DNA of 64,000 nt from Torpedo marmorata (Eukaryota): positions 204,042,001 through 204,106,000 of the forward strand of contig OZ360225.1 in NCBI GenBank assembly GCA_977017645.1, in the 5' to 3' direction. The notes under the pieces are model-generated. The model ran no database searches. It saw only the letters and a list, made by a program, of their open reading frames with translations, and was not told the origin of the DNA. The position numbers and the translations under genes were made by a program. Within the stretch, counting starts at the first letter, position 1, and every line of letters begins with the position of its first letter. Shown here piece by piece: positions 38,597 to 50,668 of this stretch.

Positions 38597-39090
38597 AGAG
38601 ACCGTTTCACATAAGGCGAGGAAATTTTCTTTAAAAAGATACTTATGATTCTTTGTAACTGTAATACCAAGATAAGTAAATTGATTTCTCAAAATCTTAA
38701 AAGGAAGACTAGTGTACACTGAAACAGGAACATTCAAAGGGAGAAGTTCACTTTCATGCAGATTTAATCCATATCCTGAAAACTGACTAAACTGAGAAAG
38801 TAATGACAGCATGGAAGGCAAGGATGTGTCAGGGCTTGATATGAAAAGCAGGAGATCATTCACATAAAGGGAAACTTTATGTTCAATTCCCTTCCTACAA
38901 ATCCCTGAAATATCCCCACACTCTCGAAATGCAATCGCCAATGGCTCAATGGCCAAATCAAAAAGTAATGGACTTAGAGGACACACTTGACGGGTTCTCC
39001 ATTGGAGATTGAAAGGCTGTGACTGTTGAAAGTTAGTGAGAATTGAAGCCGTAGGGCATGAATACAGTAATTTGATCCATGCAGTAAAAC
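38597..39090 (-). mobile_element. L1 ORF2 RT segment (continuation of 31320-33023)
   Basis: TRQVCPLSPLLF, SLYVNDLL and FTYLGI motifs. Confidence 0.85.
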
Positions 39091-39094
39091 ATGG

Positions 39095-41385
39095 CCGACT
39101 ACTACGAAGAAACACACACATGCAGTGTGGAAGGTTAAGCTCTCTCCTTTTATTGAGGCTGGAAATGCTTCTTTTATACAGTTGGAGTTCCCGCCGTCTG
39201 GTTGATTGGTTGCCATCAGCCGCATGAATAACAATAGTGGGCGGGAACGTTCTTGCATATGAATACCCTTCTTCCCCAGCCTGGTATTGATCTGTTAGCT
39301 GGGCAGCTTGGCCAGTGCCATTTTAGGGTGTCGGTCCACAGGCTGGTGGTAAATTGTGCACCTCTGTCGGAGGTTATGAGGCGTGTTAGCCAGAACCTTG
39401 CTACCCAGGACGAGACGAGTGCCTTGGCACAGGACCTGGTGGATGTGTCAGCCAGGGGGATTGCTTCTGGCCACTGGGTGAAACGGTCGACCACCATGAA
39501 CAGGTATCGGAAACCCTGTGAGACTGGTAAGGGTCCCACTATGTCCACGTGAATGTGGTCAAACCTTCACTCCGTTGGCTCGAAAGGCTGCGGGGGGACC
39601 TTGGTGTGCCGCTGTACCTTGGCTGTTTGGCACTGTGTGCATATCTTGGCCCATTCGCTGACTTGTTTCCGCAATCCATGCCACGCGTACTTGCTGGCCA
39701 CCATCCGGATCATGGTCCTGATTGCTGGATGTGCCAGCCCGTGGATGGAGTCAAAGACTCGTCGCCTCCATGCCATTGGGACGATAGATCGAACCTGCCC
39801 AGTGGCCACGTCGCACAAGAGGGTAGTGTTACCTGTGCCGACTGGGATGTCCTGAAGCTGCAGACCCATGACGGCGGTCCTGTACTGAGGCATCTCGTCG
39901 TCCTGCTGCTGTGCCTCCGCCAGTGCCACGAAATCCGGTCCGTTAGCCAGAGAGTGGATGCTCTGTCTCGACAAGGTGTCCGCAACCACGTTGTCTTTTC
40001 CCAAGTTGTGCCTTACGTCGGTGGTGTACTCCGAGACGTAAGGCAAGTGTCTCTGCTGGCAGACTGACCAGGGATCGGAGATCTTGGCCAGGGCAAACGT
40101 CAGTGGCTTGTGGTCCGTGAAAGCCCTTCCCTCTAGGAAGTACCGGAAGTGGCGGATGGCTAAGTACAGTCGAAAGCACTGTACTTTAGCTCAGGGGGCC
40201 GCAGTTGTTTGCTGAAGAAAGCTAGTGGACGCCAACTTCCTTCTATCTGCTGCTCCAGAACTCCACCAATCACCGTTCCTGAGGCATCGACCGTAGGGTT
40301 GTGGGTGCGTCTGACCTGGGGTGGGCCAGGAGTGTGGCATTAGCCAGGGCTTCCTTCTCTTCCACGAACGCTCATGCGGAGTCATCGTCCCAGATCAAGT
40401 CGTTCGCCTTGCCGGTTATCAGGGTGAAGAGTGGGCGCATGGTTCGAGAAGCTGCGGGGATGAATCTGCGATAAAAGTTGACCATCCCCATGAACTCCTG
40501 CAGTCCTTTGGTCGTACTGGGCCTCGGGAAGTTGTGGATAGCCTCCACCTTGCTGGGTAGTGGCGTGGCCCCGCATTTAGTAATCCTGTGGCCAAGGAAG
40601 TCAATCATGCTCAGCCCGAACTGGCATTTAGCCAGGTTGATAGTAAGGCCAAACTTACGTAGGCGAGTGTAGAGGCTTCAGAGGTGTTGTAGATGTTCCT
40701 GCCGGGTTCTGCTCACCACCAGGATATCATCTAAGTAGACGAAGGTGCCATCCAGGTCTCGGCCCACCGGGTCCGTCAGTCGCTGGAAGGTCTGTGCCAC
40801 GTTCTTGAGCCCGAATGGCATCCTCAGGAACTCGAACAGCCCGAATAGAGTGATGATGGCCATCTTGGGGATGTCGTCAGGGTGCACCACGATTTGGTGG
40901 TACCCTCGCACCAAATCCACTTTGGAGAAGATCGTCGCTCCGTGCAGGTTTGCTGCAAAGTCCTGGATATGCGGCACGGGGTAACAATCTGGAGTGGTGG
41001 CCTCATTAAGCTGGCGGAAGTCGCCGCACAGTCTCCAGCCTCCAGATGCTTTGGGCACCATGTGCAGGGGAGAAGCCCATGGACTGTCCGACCGCCGAAT
41101 GATGCCTAACTCCTCGAGCTTGCGGAACTCCTCCTTGGCCAGTTGAAGCTTCGCCGGGGAAAGTCGTCTCGCCCTTGCATGGAGAGGTGGACCCTTGGTA
41201 AGGATGTGATGCCTGACGCCATGTCGGGGCGCCCCACCATGAACTGAGGGGAAAGGATTGCCGGGAACTCGGCCAGCACTTTGGAGAACTCATCGTCCAA
41301 GCTGTGGACGGAGTCCAGGTGCAGTGCCGGGAGCCCGGCGCCCCTCAGTGCGAAGGTTTGGAACGTTTCCGCGTGCACGAGTCTT
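39095..41385 (-). mobile_element. Gypsy (CsRn1-like) pol remnant with probable partial 3' LTR
   Basis: YLDD RT, HGLAHP..C..C, DIVGPLP and ITSDRG motifs; related to 50575-53430. Confidence 0.85.
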
Positions 41386-41572
41386 GCCGCCCAAATACAT
41401 CAATTAACCTACAACCCCGTACATTTTGAAAGATGGGAGGAAACTGGAGCGCCCGGAGCAAACCCACGCAGGTCACGGGAAGAATGTACAAACTCCTTAC
41501 AGACAGTGCTAGATTTGAACCCGGGTCGCTGGCGCTGTAATAGCGTTGCGCTAACTGCTACGCTAAGTGTGC
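41385..41572 (-). mobile_element. V-SINE copy
   Basis: Similar to 1387-1640. Confidence 0.8.
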
Positions 41573-41856
41573 TTTTATTTTCAGCATCTGCTGGTTTGTT
41601 TTGTTTGAACAATTGAACCTTCATAGATAAATATTTTAAAAATATTGAAATGCATTTGTTCAATTGCATCGTGGTTTTACCAAGTTATTGCAGAAGGAAA
41701 GGATTATTCACCCTATTTTCCATGCTTGAGGAAGTGCAGAATTTAGAAGTTAGATTATCCAAATACAAGCAGCAACAAGCATAGATTAGAAAATAATTTA
41801 AGATTCAGGTACCTGATCGAGGCTCAAATGTAAAGAGTAGGTCTCTTTATTTAACT

Positions 41857-42230
41857 CAGTGGTTTTCAAACTTTTTCTTTCCACTCACATACCACCTTAA
41901 GTAATCCCTATGCCATAGATGCTCTGCAATTAGTAAGGGATTACTTAAGGTGGCATGTGAGTGGGAAGGGAAGGTTGAGAACCACTGCTCTTGACCCAAT
42001 TGCTACTGAAATATTTTGCTTGAGAAAAATTGTCATTGGCCCATTTCCTTTTGAGTTATGAAACCGTGCACATAACGAGTCAATTAGGTACGATTAAAAC
42101 AGTGGTTTTCAAACTTTTTCTTTCCACTCACATACCACCTTAAGTAACCCTTACTAATTACAGAGCACCTATGGCATAGGGATTGCTTAAGGTGGTATGT
42201 GAGTGGAAAGAAAAAGTTTGAAAACCATTG
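41857..42230. mobile_element. hAT-type MITE (two palindromic modules)
   Basis: TIRs cagtggttttcaaac / gtttgaaaaccattg; perfect 8-bp TSD ATTTAACT. Confidence 0.92.
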
Positions 42231-42844
42231 ATTTAACTGATGTGAGCACAGACGGAATTTTCTGCTTAATTGACACTCTGTCCCAAGCAGACAGCATTGG
42301 TGATGGTTGTTTGTTTTTGGACAGATGGTGAGATTTTGTCCCTCAGCAGAATGAAGAGTATATCTCAGAATCAGAATTTATTGTCATGAACAAGTCATGA
42401 AATTCGGTGTTTTGCGGCAGCATCATAGTGCAAGCATTCATATTATAACCATCTTACGACATTACTATAAAAAATATAAATAATGGTGCATGAAAAGTAA
42501 GGCAGTGTCTTTGGTTCACGGGGCCAGAAATGTGAGAAACTTATGCAAACTGGTCACAAAGTTTTTCACTTTTGTGTTGATAAAAGTCATGAACACAAAC
42601 AATTAGCCAACCATTTAGAAACTTGCTTTCAGTGGAAGCAGTGATTAAAGATTGTTTTAGGTAGTAGTTTTTATCGTTATCATGTTTCATGTTTTGAAAC
42701 ATTAAGCGGTTTTGTAATGGCACAGTCATTAACTTAATACAGGGATGGCCGAAATATAAGATGCATCATAATGTACTAATCTAACAATGTGTTGGATATT
42801 CCTGTGAGTGTTAAACATAAGATGCTCAAAAATAAATATAAAGA

Positions 42845-43450
42845 GACCTCGCAAGTTGATAGGGTGGTTAAGAAGGCAGATGGTGTGGTGGCCTTCATTA
42901 GTCAGGGGATTGAGTTCAAGAGTCATGAGGTAATGTTGCAGCTCTTTAAAACTCTGGTTAGACCACACTTGAAGCATTGCATTCAGTCCTGGTTGCCTCA
43001 TTACAGGAAGGATGCAGAGGAGATTTATCAGGATGTTACCTGAATTGGAGAACAGGTCACATGAAGTAAGGTTAACAGAGCAAGGGCTTCTCTTTATTGA
43101 GTGACAAATGATGAAAGGTGACTTACCAGAGGTATATAAGATTATGAGGGGTGCAGATAGGGTGGACAGCCAGTACCTTTTCCTGGGGCAACAATAGCAA
43201 ATACCAGAGGACATCATTTTAAGGTGAGTGGAGAAAGGTTTAAAGGAGATGTCAGAGGTAAGTTTTTTTTTACTCAGAGAGTGGTGGGTGGTGAGGAAGC
43301 ATGTACAATATGGATATTAAAAAGACTGAGATAGGCACATGGATGTAAGAAAAATAGAGGGTTATGGGTGTGAGGTAGGGAAGGATTAGATTGTTGTGAT
43401 GTAGGTTTACATAGGTCGACATAGGCCTGTACTGTGCTGTAATGTTCTAT
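42845..43450 (+). mobile_element. CR1 3' fragment
   Basis: QVDRVVKKA and LVRPHL motifs; CR1 tail ggcctgtactgtgctgtaatgttcta. Confidence 0.82.
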
Positions 43451-43703
43451 CTTCTAGGTCAAGACAAACACCTTTACTAAGAGAGTGGTGTGAATGTGGA
43501 CTTCTCCCATATTGGGTCAGTGAGGCAAAAAGGATGCCTAGTCTAAGATCAGGAACCTGTTAGAGACCTGAAGCATATGGATGAGTTCCTGATACTTTTC
43601 AGGTATAGGACACTGAACAGCTGAAGTGAACAGTTTAGGTGTCACCATCACAGATACCAGATTGGCCACTGAACCCACTGACAGTGATTGGCTAGCATGA
43701 AGT

Positions 43704-44762
43704 TCAGAATCAGAATCAGAATCAGAATTTATTGTCATGAACAAGTCATGAAATTCGATGTTTTGCGGCAGCATCATAGTGCAAACATTCACATTATAAC
43801 CATCTTACGACGTTACTATAAAAAATATATAAATAATAGTGCACGAAAAGTAAAGCAGTGTCTTTGGTTCATTGATTATTCAGGAATCTGATGGCAGCGG
43901 GGAAGAAGCTGTCCTTGTGCCGTTGAGTGCTCATCTTTAGGCTCCTGTACCTCTTTCCCGATGTTAGCAGAGTGAAGAGGGCATGGCCTGGGTGATGGGG
44001 GTCTTTGAGGACAGAGGCTGCTTTTTTAAGACACCGCCTCATGTAGATGTCCTCGATGGAGTGAAGTCTGGTGCCTGTGATATCACAGACCGAGTTAACA
44101 ATCCTCTGGAGTTTATTCTTGTCCTGGAAGTTGGCGCCTACATACCAGGCAGTGATGCAACCAGCCAGAATGCTCTCCACGGTACACCTGTAGAAGTTTA
44201 CGAGAGTCTTCGGTGACATACCGAATCTCCTAAGACACCTCACAAAGTATAGCCTCTGGCAAGCCTTCTTTGTGATTGCATCAACGTGGAGGCTCCAGGA
44301 CAGATCCTCAGAGATGTTGACACCCAGGAATTTGAAATACTTGACCATCTCCACTACTGAGCCCTCGATGAGGACTGGGTCATGTTCCCCTGACTTCCTC
44401 CTGAAGTCCACAATTATTTCCTTGGTTTTGCTGACGTTCAGCGCAAGGTTGTTGCCATTACACCATTCAACGAGCTGATCTATCTCCCTCCTGTACGCTT
44501 CCTCATTGCCGTTTGTGATTCTGCCGACAACTGTGGTGTCATTGGCAAACTTGTAGATGGCATTGGAATTGTGCCTGGCCACACAGTCATGGGTGTATAA
44601 CGAGTAGAGCAGTGGGCTAAGCACGCATCCTTGGGGTGCGCCTGGGTTGATAATCAGTGAGTAGGAGACGTTGTTTCCAATTCGCACTGACTGTGGTCTT
44701 CCGATGAGAAAGTCAAGGATCCAGTTGCAGAGTGGGGTACAGAGGCCTAGAGTTTGTAGCTT
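43704..44762 (-). mobile_element. Rex1/Babar LINE, 5'-truncated, with an open RT C-terminal frame
   Basis: ORF 43869-44795; highly similar to 9040-10088; (ttctga)n tail. Confidence 0.9.
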
Positions 44763-47700
44763 CCCAGCTATGTCCCCAGATCCTGCGCTCACCAACTGAC
44801 AGGAGTATTCATGGACATCTTTAACCTCTCTCTACTACAGCCTGATGTTCTCGCCTGCTTTAAGAAGACCACTATGATCCCAGTGCCAAAGAAAAACAAG
44901 GTAATGTGCATCAATGACCTCCTCCCAGTGGCTCTGACATCCTTCATCATGATGTGCTTTGAGAGGCTGATCATGGCTCACATTAACTTGAGCCTTTCAG
45001 GCAACCTCGATCCACTACAATTTGCCTATCAACACAACAGGTTCACAGCAGATGCCATCTCAACGGCTCAACACTCAGCCCTGCAACATGAGGACAAGAA
45101 AGCCTATGTTAAACCTCTACAGCTCCATCAACACCATAGTCCCAAGCAAGCTCATCTCCAAACTCCTGGACCAAGGTCTCAGCATCCCCTCTTTAATTGG
45201 ATCCTTGACTTCCTGACCTGCAGACCTCAATCTATGAGGATTTTCGGCAATACCTCCATGAGAATCTTCAATACTGGACTCTGCAAGGCTGTATACTCAG
45301 CCTCTTACTATACTTATACACGCTTAACTGTATGGCCAAAGACTACACTGACAACATCTATAAGTTTGTAGATGACACCATTGTTGTAGGCCGAATCTCA
45401 AACAATGAAGAAACGGTGTATTGCAGGGAGATATAGAATCTGGTGCATGAATCTGGTGCATCTGGTGCAGACCCATTGTTTCTGCCTGCTCTTTCCCCAC
45501 CGAACTAGTTTCATCTTACCTTGACTCCATCTTTTCTCCCCTGGTCCAATCCCTCCCCACCTACATCCGCGACACCTCATATGCCCTCCATCTCTTCAAT
45601 GACTTCAGATTCCCCAAACCGGACCGCATCATCTTCACGATGGATGTCCAATCCCTTTATACCTCCATCCCCCACACAGAAGGTCTGAAAGCACTTCGCT
45701 TCTTTCTGGACCAAAGACCCAACCAGTCACCTTCTACCACCACCCTCCTCCGCCTGGCAGAACTTGTCCTCACTTTAAATAACTTCTCCTTTAACTTGTC
45801 TCACTTCCTCCAAATTAAAGGAGTAGCCATGGGTACCGCATGGGTCCCATTTACGCCTGCCTGTTTGTGGGCTTTGTGGAGCAATCCATGCTACAAGCCG
45901 ACACAGGCAAGACCCCTCAACTCTTCCTCCAGTATATTGACGACTACATCGGGGCTTCCTCATGCACCCACGATGAGCTTGTCAACTTCATCCACTTCAC
46001 GGCCAATTTCCACCCCAATCTCAAACTCACCTGGTCCATCTCCGACAATACTCTCCATTTCCTGGATCTCTCTGTCTCCATCTCGGGAGACAAGCTTTCC
46101 ACCGACATATACTACAAACCCTCCAACTCTCACAACTATCTGGACTACACTTCCTCACACCCTGTCCCCTGCTAGGATTCCATCCCCTTTTCTCAATTTC
46201 TCTGTCTCCGCCGCATCTGTTCCCAAGATGAGGTCTTCCAGTCCAGATCTTCTGAAATGTCTGCCTTCTTCCACAAATGTGGCTTCCCCTCCACCACCAT
46301 CAACTCAGCCCTCACCCGCATCTCCTCCATTTCCCACTCATCTGCCCTGGCCCCCTCTGCCCCCAGATGTAACAAACATAGAATCCCCCTCAGCCTCACC
46401 TACCACCCCACCAGCCTCCGCATCCAACACGTTATCCGCCGAAATTTCTGGCACTTACTACAGGATCCCACCGCCAGACACATTTTTCCTTCTCCTCCCC
46501 TCTCTGCCTTCTGTAGGGACCGCTCCCTCCGTGATTCCCTCGTGCACTCATCCCTCCCCATCTATCGACCCCCCCGGCTCCTTCCCCTGTAGCCACAGGA
46601 GGTGCAACACTTGGCCCACACCTCCTCCCTCACCACGGTCCGGGGCCCCAAACAGGCCTTTCAAGTGAAGTAACACTTCACTTGTATACCCACAGGACTG
46701 ATTTACTGCATCCGGTGCTCCCTTTATGGCCTTCTCTACATCGGAGAGACCGGTCGCAGATTGGAAGATCGCTTCACTGAGCACCTCCTCTCCCTCCGCC
46801 ACCACAAAGACCTCCCATTAGCCAACCATTTCAATTCTGAGTCACACTCCCATGCTCACATGTCTGTCCATGGCCTTATGCACTGTCCCACCCAGACCAC
46901 CTGCAGATTGGAGGAACAACACCTTATTTTCCGTCTGGGCACTCTCCAGCTGGATGGCATTAACATTGACTTCTCTGCTTTCTGCTAACCAGCTCGCCTT
47001 TTCTTTCCCCTCCCCCTTTCCAGTTTTTCCAGTTCTCCCCTCCCTTCCCCCTCCACCCACCCAGCCATCCCTCCTCCCCCGATCGCTGCTGTCCCCTCCC
47101 TCCCTTCTCCACCTATCATCTCCTGCCTTTGCCACCCCCCCTTTCCCTCCCCCCATCCTTTTGTTCGGACACCCGCCGACACTCCTTCATACCTTGATGA
47201 AGGGCTCAAACCAGAAACGTCGGTTATGTATTTCTACCTTTGCTACATAAAGGATACTGTTTGACCAGCTGAGTTTCTCCAACATTTTGTGTTTTTACTT
47301 CAACCACGGTGTCTACAGATTTTTGTGATTTACTTCTGGTACATGTCACCTGGACAACGACTTTTCCTTCATTGTCAACAAAACAAAAGAGCTGACCATT
47401 GATTTCAAGAAAGGGGTGGATGGAGGATAACACACCTCTGCATATCTATTAATGGTGCTAAGGTAGAAGTAATAGAGGGCGTAAAGCTTTTAGGTGTAAA
47501 TGTCACCAACGTTCTGGCCTGGCCCAACCACATTGATGCTATGTTCAAGAAACTGCACCAAAGTCTCTACTTCAGGAGAACCCAAAAGAAATTTGGCATG
47601 TCCTTCATGTCACTTACCCATTTTTATGGATGCACCATAAATGTATCCTGTCCAGATGTGTCACAGCTGGGTACAGGAACTGCTGTGCCCAAGACCACAA

Positions 47701-48120
47701 GAAGTGGCAGAGTTGTGAATGGAGCTCAGGCCATCGTGCAGAGCAGCTTCCCCTCCATCGACAGTCTGTAACTCTCATTGTCTCAGGAAAGCTGCTAACA
47801 TATTAAAGACCAATCCCACCTGGTTACATTTTCTTTGCCCCCCTCACCCCCCACCCCTCTTTGGGCAGAGAATACTTGAGCTTAAAAAAAAAGACACTAC
47901 CAAAATCAAGGACAGTTTCTTCCTCACTTTTGCCAGACTATTGAATGGACCTCACCCTTGAACTGTTTTAACTTAACTCATTCTCTGTAACACTATACTC
48001 TGCATCTTCGTTTTATCTTGCTCTTAGTATCAAAAGATTGGTTAACTTGACTGGATAGCACGCAAAACAAAGTTTTTCACTGTATCTCAGAATGTGACAA
48101 TAACTAATTCAGTTCAGTTG
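44763..48120 (+). mobile_element. Older Rex1/Babar LINE, interrupted by a PLE at 45470-47334
   Basis: DIFNLSL, PVALTS..MMCFERL and LDPLQFAY motifs; resumes after 47335. Confidence 0.78.
45470..47334 (+). mobile_element. Penelope-like element (RT + GIY-YIG), 5'-truncated and decayed
   Basis: MDVQSLYTSIP, GVAMG, YIDD, FLD, IYYKP and YIGET motifs; hammerhead at 47194-47221; candidate TSD tctggt(g/a)ca. Confidence 0.9.
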
Positions 48121-48329
48121 TGTTTCCAGTAGACAAAGATGCAATTACTAACCACATTTTTACCTGGCCTTTATCGATGTGGAGCACTAGAGAAAGGCAT
48201 GAAGTAGACAAAAATAAGCCTGGCCACTAGTTCTAGGGGAAGGGTGTGTGTGAAGAGCAGTAGGAGGAGATATCATACGCTCTGTAGCAAATGGGCAAAT
48301 GGCCTGTTTCACTATGCCCATTGAATGCA

Positions 48330-48745
48330 AGTGATTCAATATAATCATCAAGGATACATACCACCCAGTACACGCTCTGTTCTCGCTGCTGCCATCAGGA
48401 AAGAGGTATAGGTGCCACAAGACTCACACCACCAGGTTCAGAAACAGCTGCTACCCCTCCACCATCAGACTCCTCAACAACGAACTCAATCAGGGACTCA
48501 TTTAAGGACTCTTACTTTGCATATTATTTATTATTGATTATTTATTTTCTAGATTGCCCAGTATGTTTGCATTTCTTTCTTGTTTACATTATTCTTTTTT
48601 GTACACATATCTTTTCTTGAGTACAGTTTTATTTTGCGCAACCAATAAGTAGAAATTCTGCCTGGCCCCCAGGAAAAAGAACTGCAGGGTTGTATGTGAT
48701 GGCATGTATGCACTCTGACAATAAATCTGAAATCTGAACTTTGAA
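48330..48745 (+). mobile_element. Rex1/Babar-type 3' end
   Basis: HHPVHALFSLLPSG..YR-like segment; tail tgacaataaatctgaaatctg. Confidence 0.65.
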
Positions 48746-48944
48746 CTTTATACAATGCAGTAAAAAATACACTTCCCATAGATTAAAGGCCGGTCTTCGG
48801 TTTTGGGTTTGAATTCTACTCATTGGTGCTATTTTTTCAAATATAAAGCAAATCCCAGACATAGTGTTCCTGTATTATACTGTTTTATGTCCTATGGCTT
48901 ATATAACAAGATGAGGGGCATAAATAGGGTAGACTGCAGGGAGA

Positions 48945-49586
48945 TTTTCTATTTCAATATTTTTATTGATTTTATTAAATAAATGGTACATAAGTACATG
49001 ACAATAAAATAAAGTATTAACAAATCTTGTGTAACAATACAAATACAAATAATGTTAAAACCTATGTTACATTAAAAGGAAAAATAAAAGAAAACCACTA
49101 TACTAATTTCTTTCTTTTTCTTTTTAAAATATTTTTATTGTGTTTCATTAAGAAACTTATATACAGAGTAACAAGATTAAGAAAAACATTCAAAAAATCA
49201 GCTGGTATTCATACATGTATATAAAAAAAAACTAAGTAAATTGTCGTAACTAAATTCTTAATATACGGTAGGTTAAAACTCTAGTTCCTTATAATTATCT
49301 TTAAAAAAATACTAATTTCTAAATATCGATCCCCTACCTTCGGAGGCTACTGGCTTAACACAAACAATCCACTACTAATAATAAAAAAAGGGAAGGTAAA
49401 CATTGGGTTCAAAAACCAGAAACTAATTGATCTTACAAATTTTGAAAGTAATGAAGAAAAGAACCCCATAAAGAAACAAAATTAAGATTCATATCAGTAG
49501 TGGAACATCAAATTTTTTCCAAAGTCAGACATGCCATCATATCGGACAACCATTGAATATGAGTGGGATGGACAGCATCTTTCTAT
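48945..49586 (-). mobile_element. L1 3' end remnants
   Basis: T-rich tails with tttattg at ~48960 and ~49135; ORF2 C-terminus-like sequence near 49450-49586. Confidence 0.5.
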
Positions 49587-49931
49587 TGTAGCAGTACCCG
49601 CTCTGGGCAAGCGAACCAGTGCCCGCAATGGCGGCTGCGCAAGTACACGTGGCAACAGCAGGGGCCGGCGCAAAGATGGCACCGACCCCGCTTCTTCTTC
49701 AACCAGGAGAAGAAAGACAGGAGACCCGCACACGGGAAGTTCCCATTGTATTGTACAGCTCCCATTGTCATGTAGACGACAGCGATTAAGCGGCAATGGT
49801 CAGGTAAACGACAGCAATTAAGCTCACAGCCCTGCCTAAAAGCCAGGGTTGCGAGACCCGATTAAACAGTCTTGCTTGCAACCCACCGACTGTGTGTTGT
49901 TCTTCAGAATTCTGTGTAGCTCACGCTACAT

Positions 49932-49944
49932 TGGTGACCCCGAC
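49932..49944 (+). promoter_or_regulatory. Primer-binding site, tRNA-Trp
   Basis: TGGTGACCCCGAC one base after the LTR-ending CA. Confidence 0.88.
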
Positions 49945-49969
49945 AAGTCCAAATGAATTTGGACCTACA

Positions 49970-50668
49970 ATGACCGACTCCACGGCCATCAGCGCAGTTG
50001 CTGTCAAGCTGCCGACCTTCTGGACCCACGGACCCCATGTGTGGTTCGATCAGGCAGAAGCACAGTTTGCACTCCGCAGCATCACCAGAGATGCCACCAA
50101 GTACTACCATGTGGTCAGCTCACTCGGAGAGGATGCAGCCGCACATGTGGAAGATTTCCTGCACCGACCACCGGAGGAGGGTAAATACCCCGCTTTCAAA
50201 GCCCTGTTGATGAACACGTTCGGGCTTTCACGATGGGAGCGGGGTGCCCGCTTGCTGCGGCTGGACGGGCTGGGAGACAAATCGCCCTCACAGCTCATGG
50301 ACAAGATGCTGGGCCTCACAGGAGGCCACATGTGCCTTTTCTTCGAGCAGGTTTTCTTAAAGATGATGCCACTCAACGTGCGCCTGGCACTCGCAGAGGC
50401 GGATTTCTCCACGCCCAGGACAGTGGCAACTCGAGTGGACACTCTCTGGGAAGCAGGAAGGATGAGTCAGACAATGGTCGACCAAGTGGTCAAACCAAAA
50501 ACCCAACACCCCAACCCTGCTCGTCCCACCGAACACACAGCCCACGGTAGCAGCAGAAACGACGCCAACCTCGATTGGTGTTTCTACCACCGTCGTTGGG
50601 GCCCGAAGGCCCGCCAGTGCAGGTCCCCCTGCAAGTGTCCGGGAAAAGACAAGGCCAGCCGTCGCTAG
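49970..50668 (+). CDS. gag: Gag (CsRn1-type)
   Basis: [17 protein letters not shown] and [16 protein letters not shown] motifs; frame open. Confidence 0.85.
   Translation: MTDSTAISAVAVKLPTFWTHGPHVWFDQAEAQFALRSITRDATKYYHVVSSLGEDAAAHVEDFLHRPPEEGKYPAFKALLMNTFGLSRWERGARLLRLDGLGDKSPSQLMDKMLGLTGGHMCLFFEQVFLKMMPLNVRLALAEADFSTPRTVATRVDTLWEAGRMSQTMVDQVVKPKTQHPNPARPTEHTAHGSSRNDANLDWCFYHRRWGPKARQCRSPCKCPGKDKASRR

Noticed and set aside
43704-45460. Twin-priming inversion of a single Rex1
   Set aside because: The two arms cover overlapping parts of RT and differ strongly in sequence and decay, so they are separate insertions.
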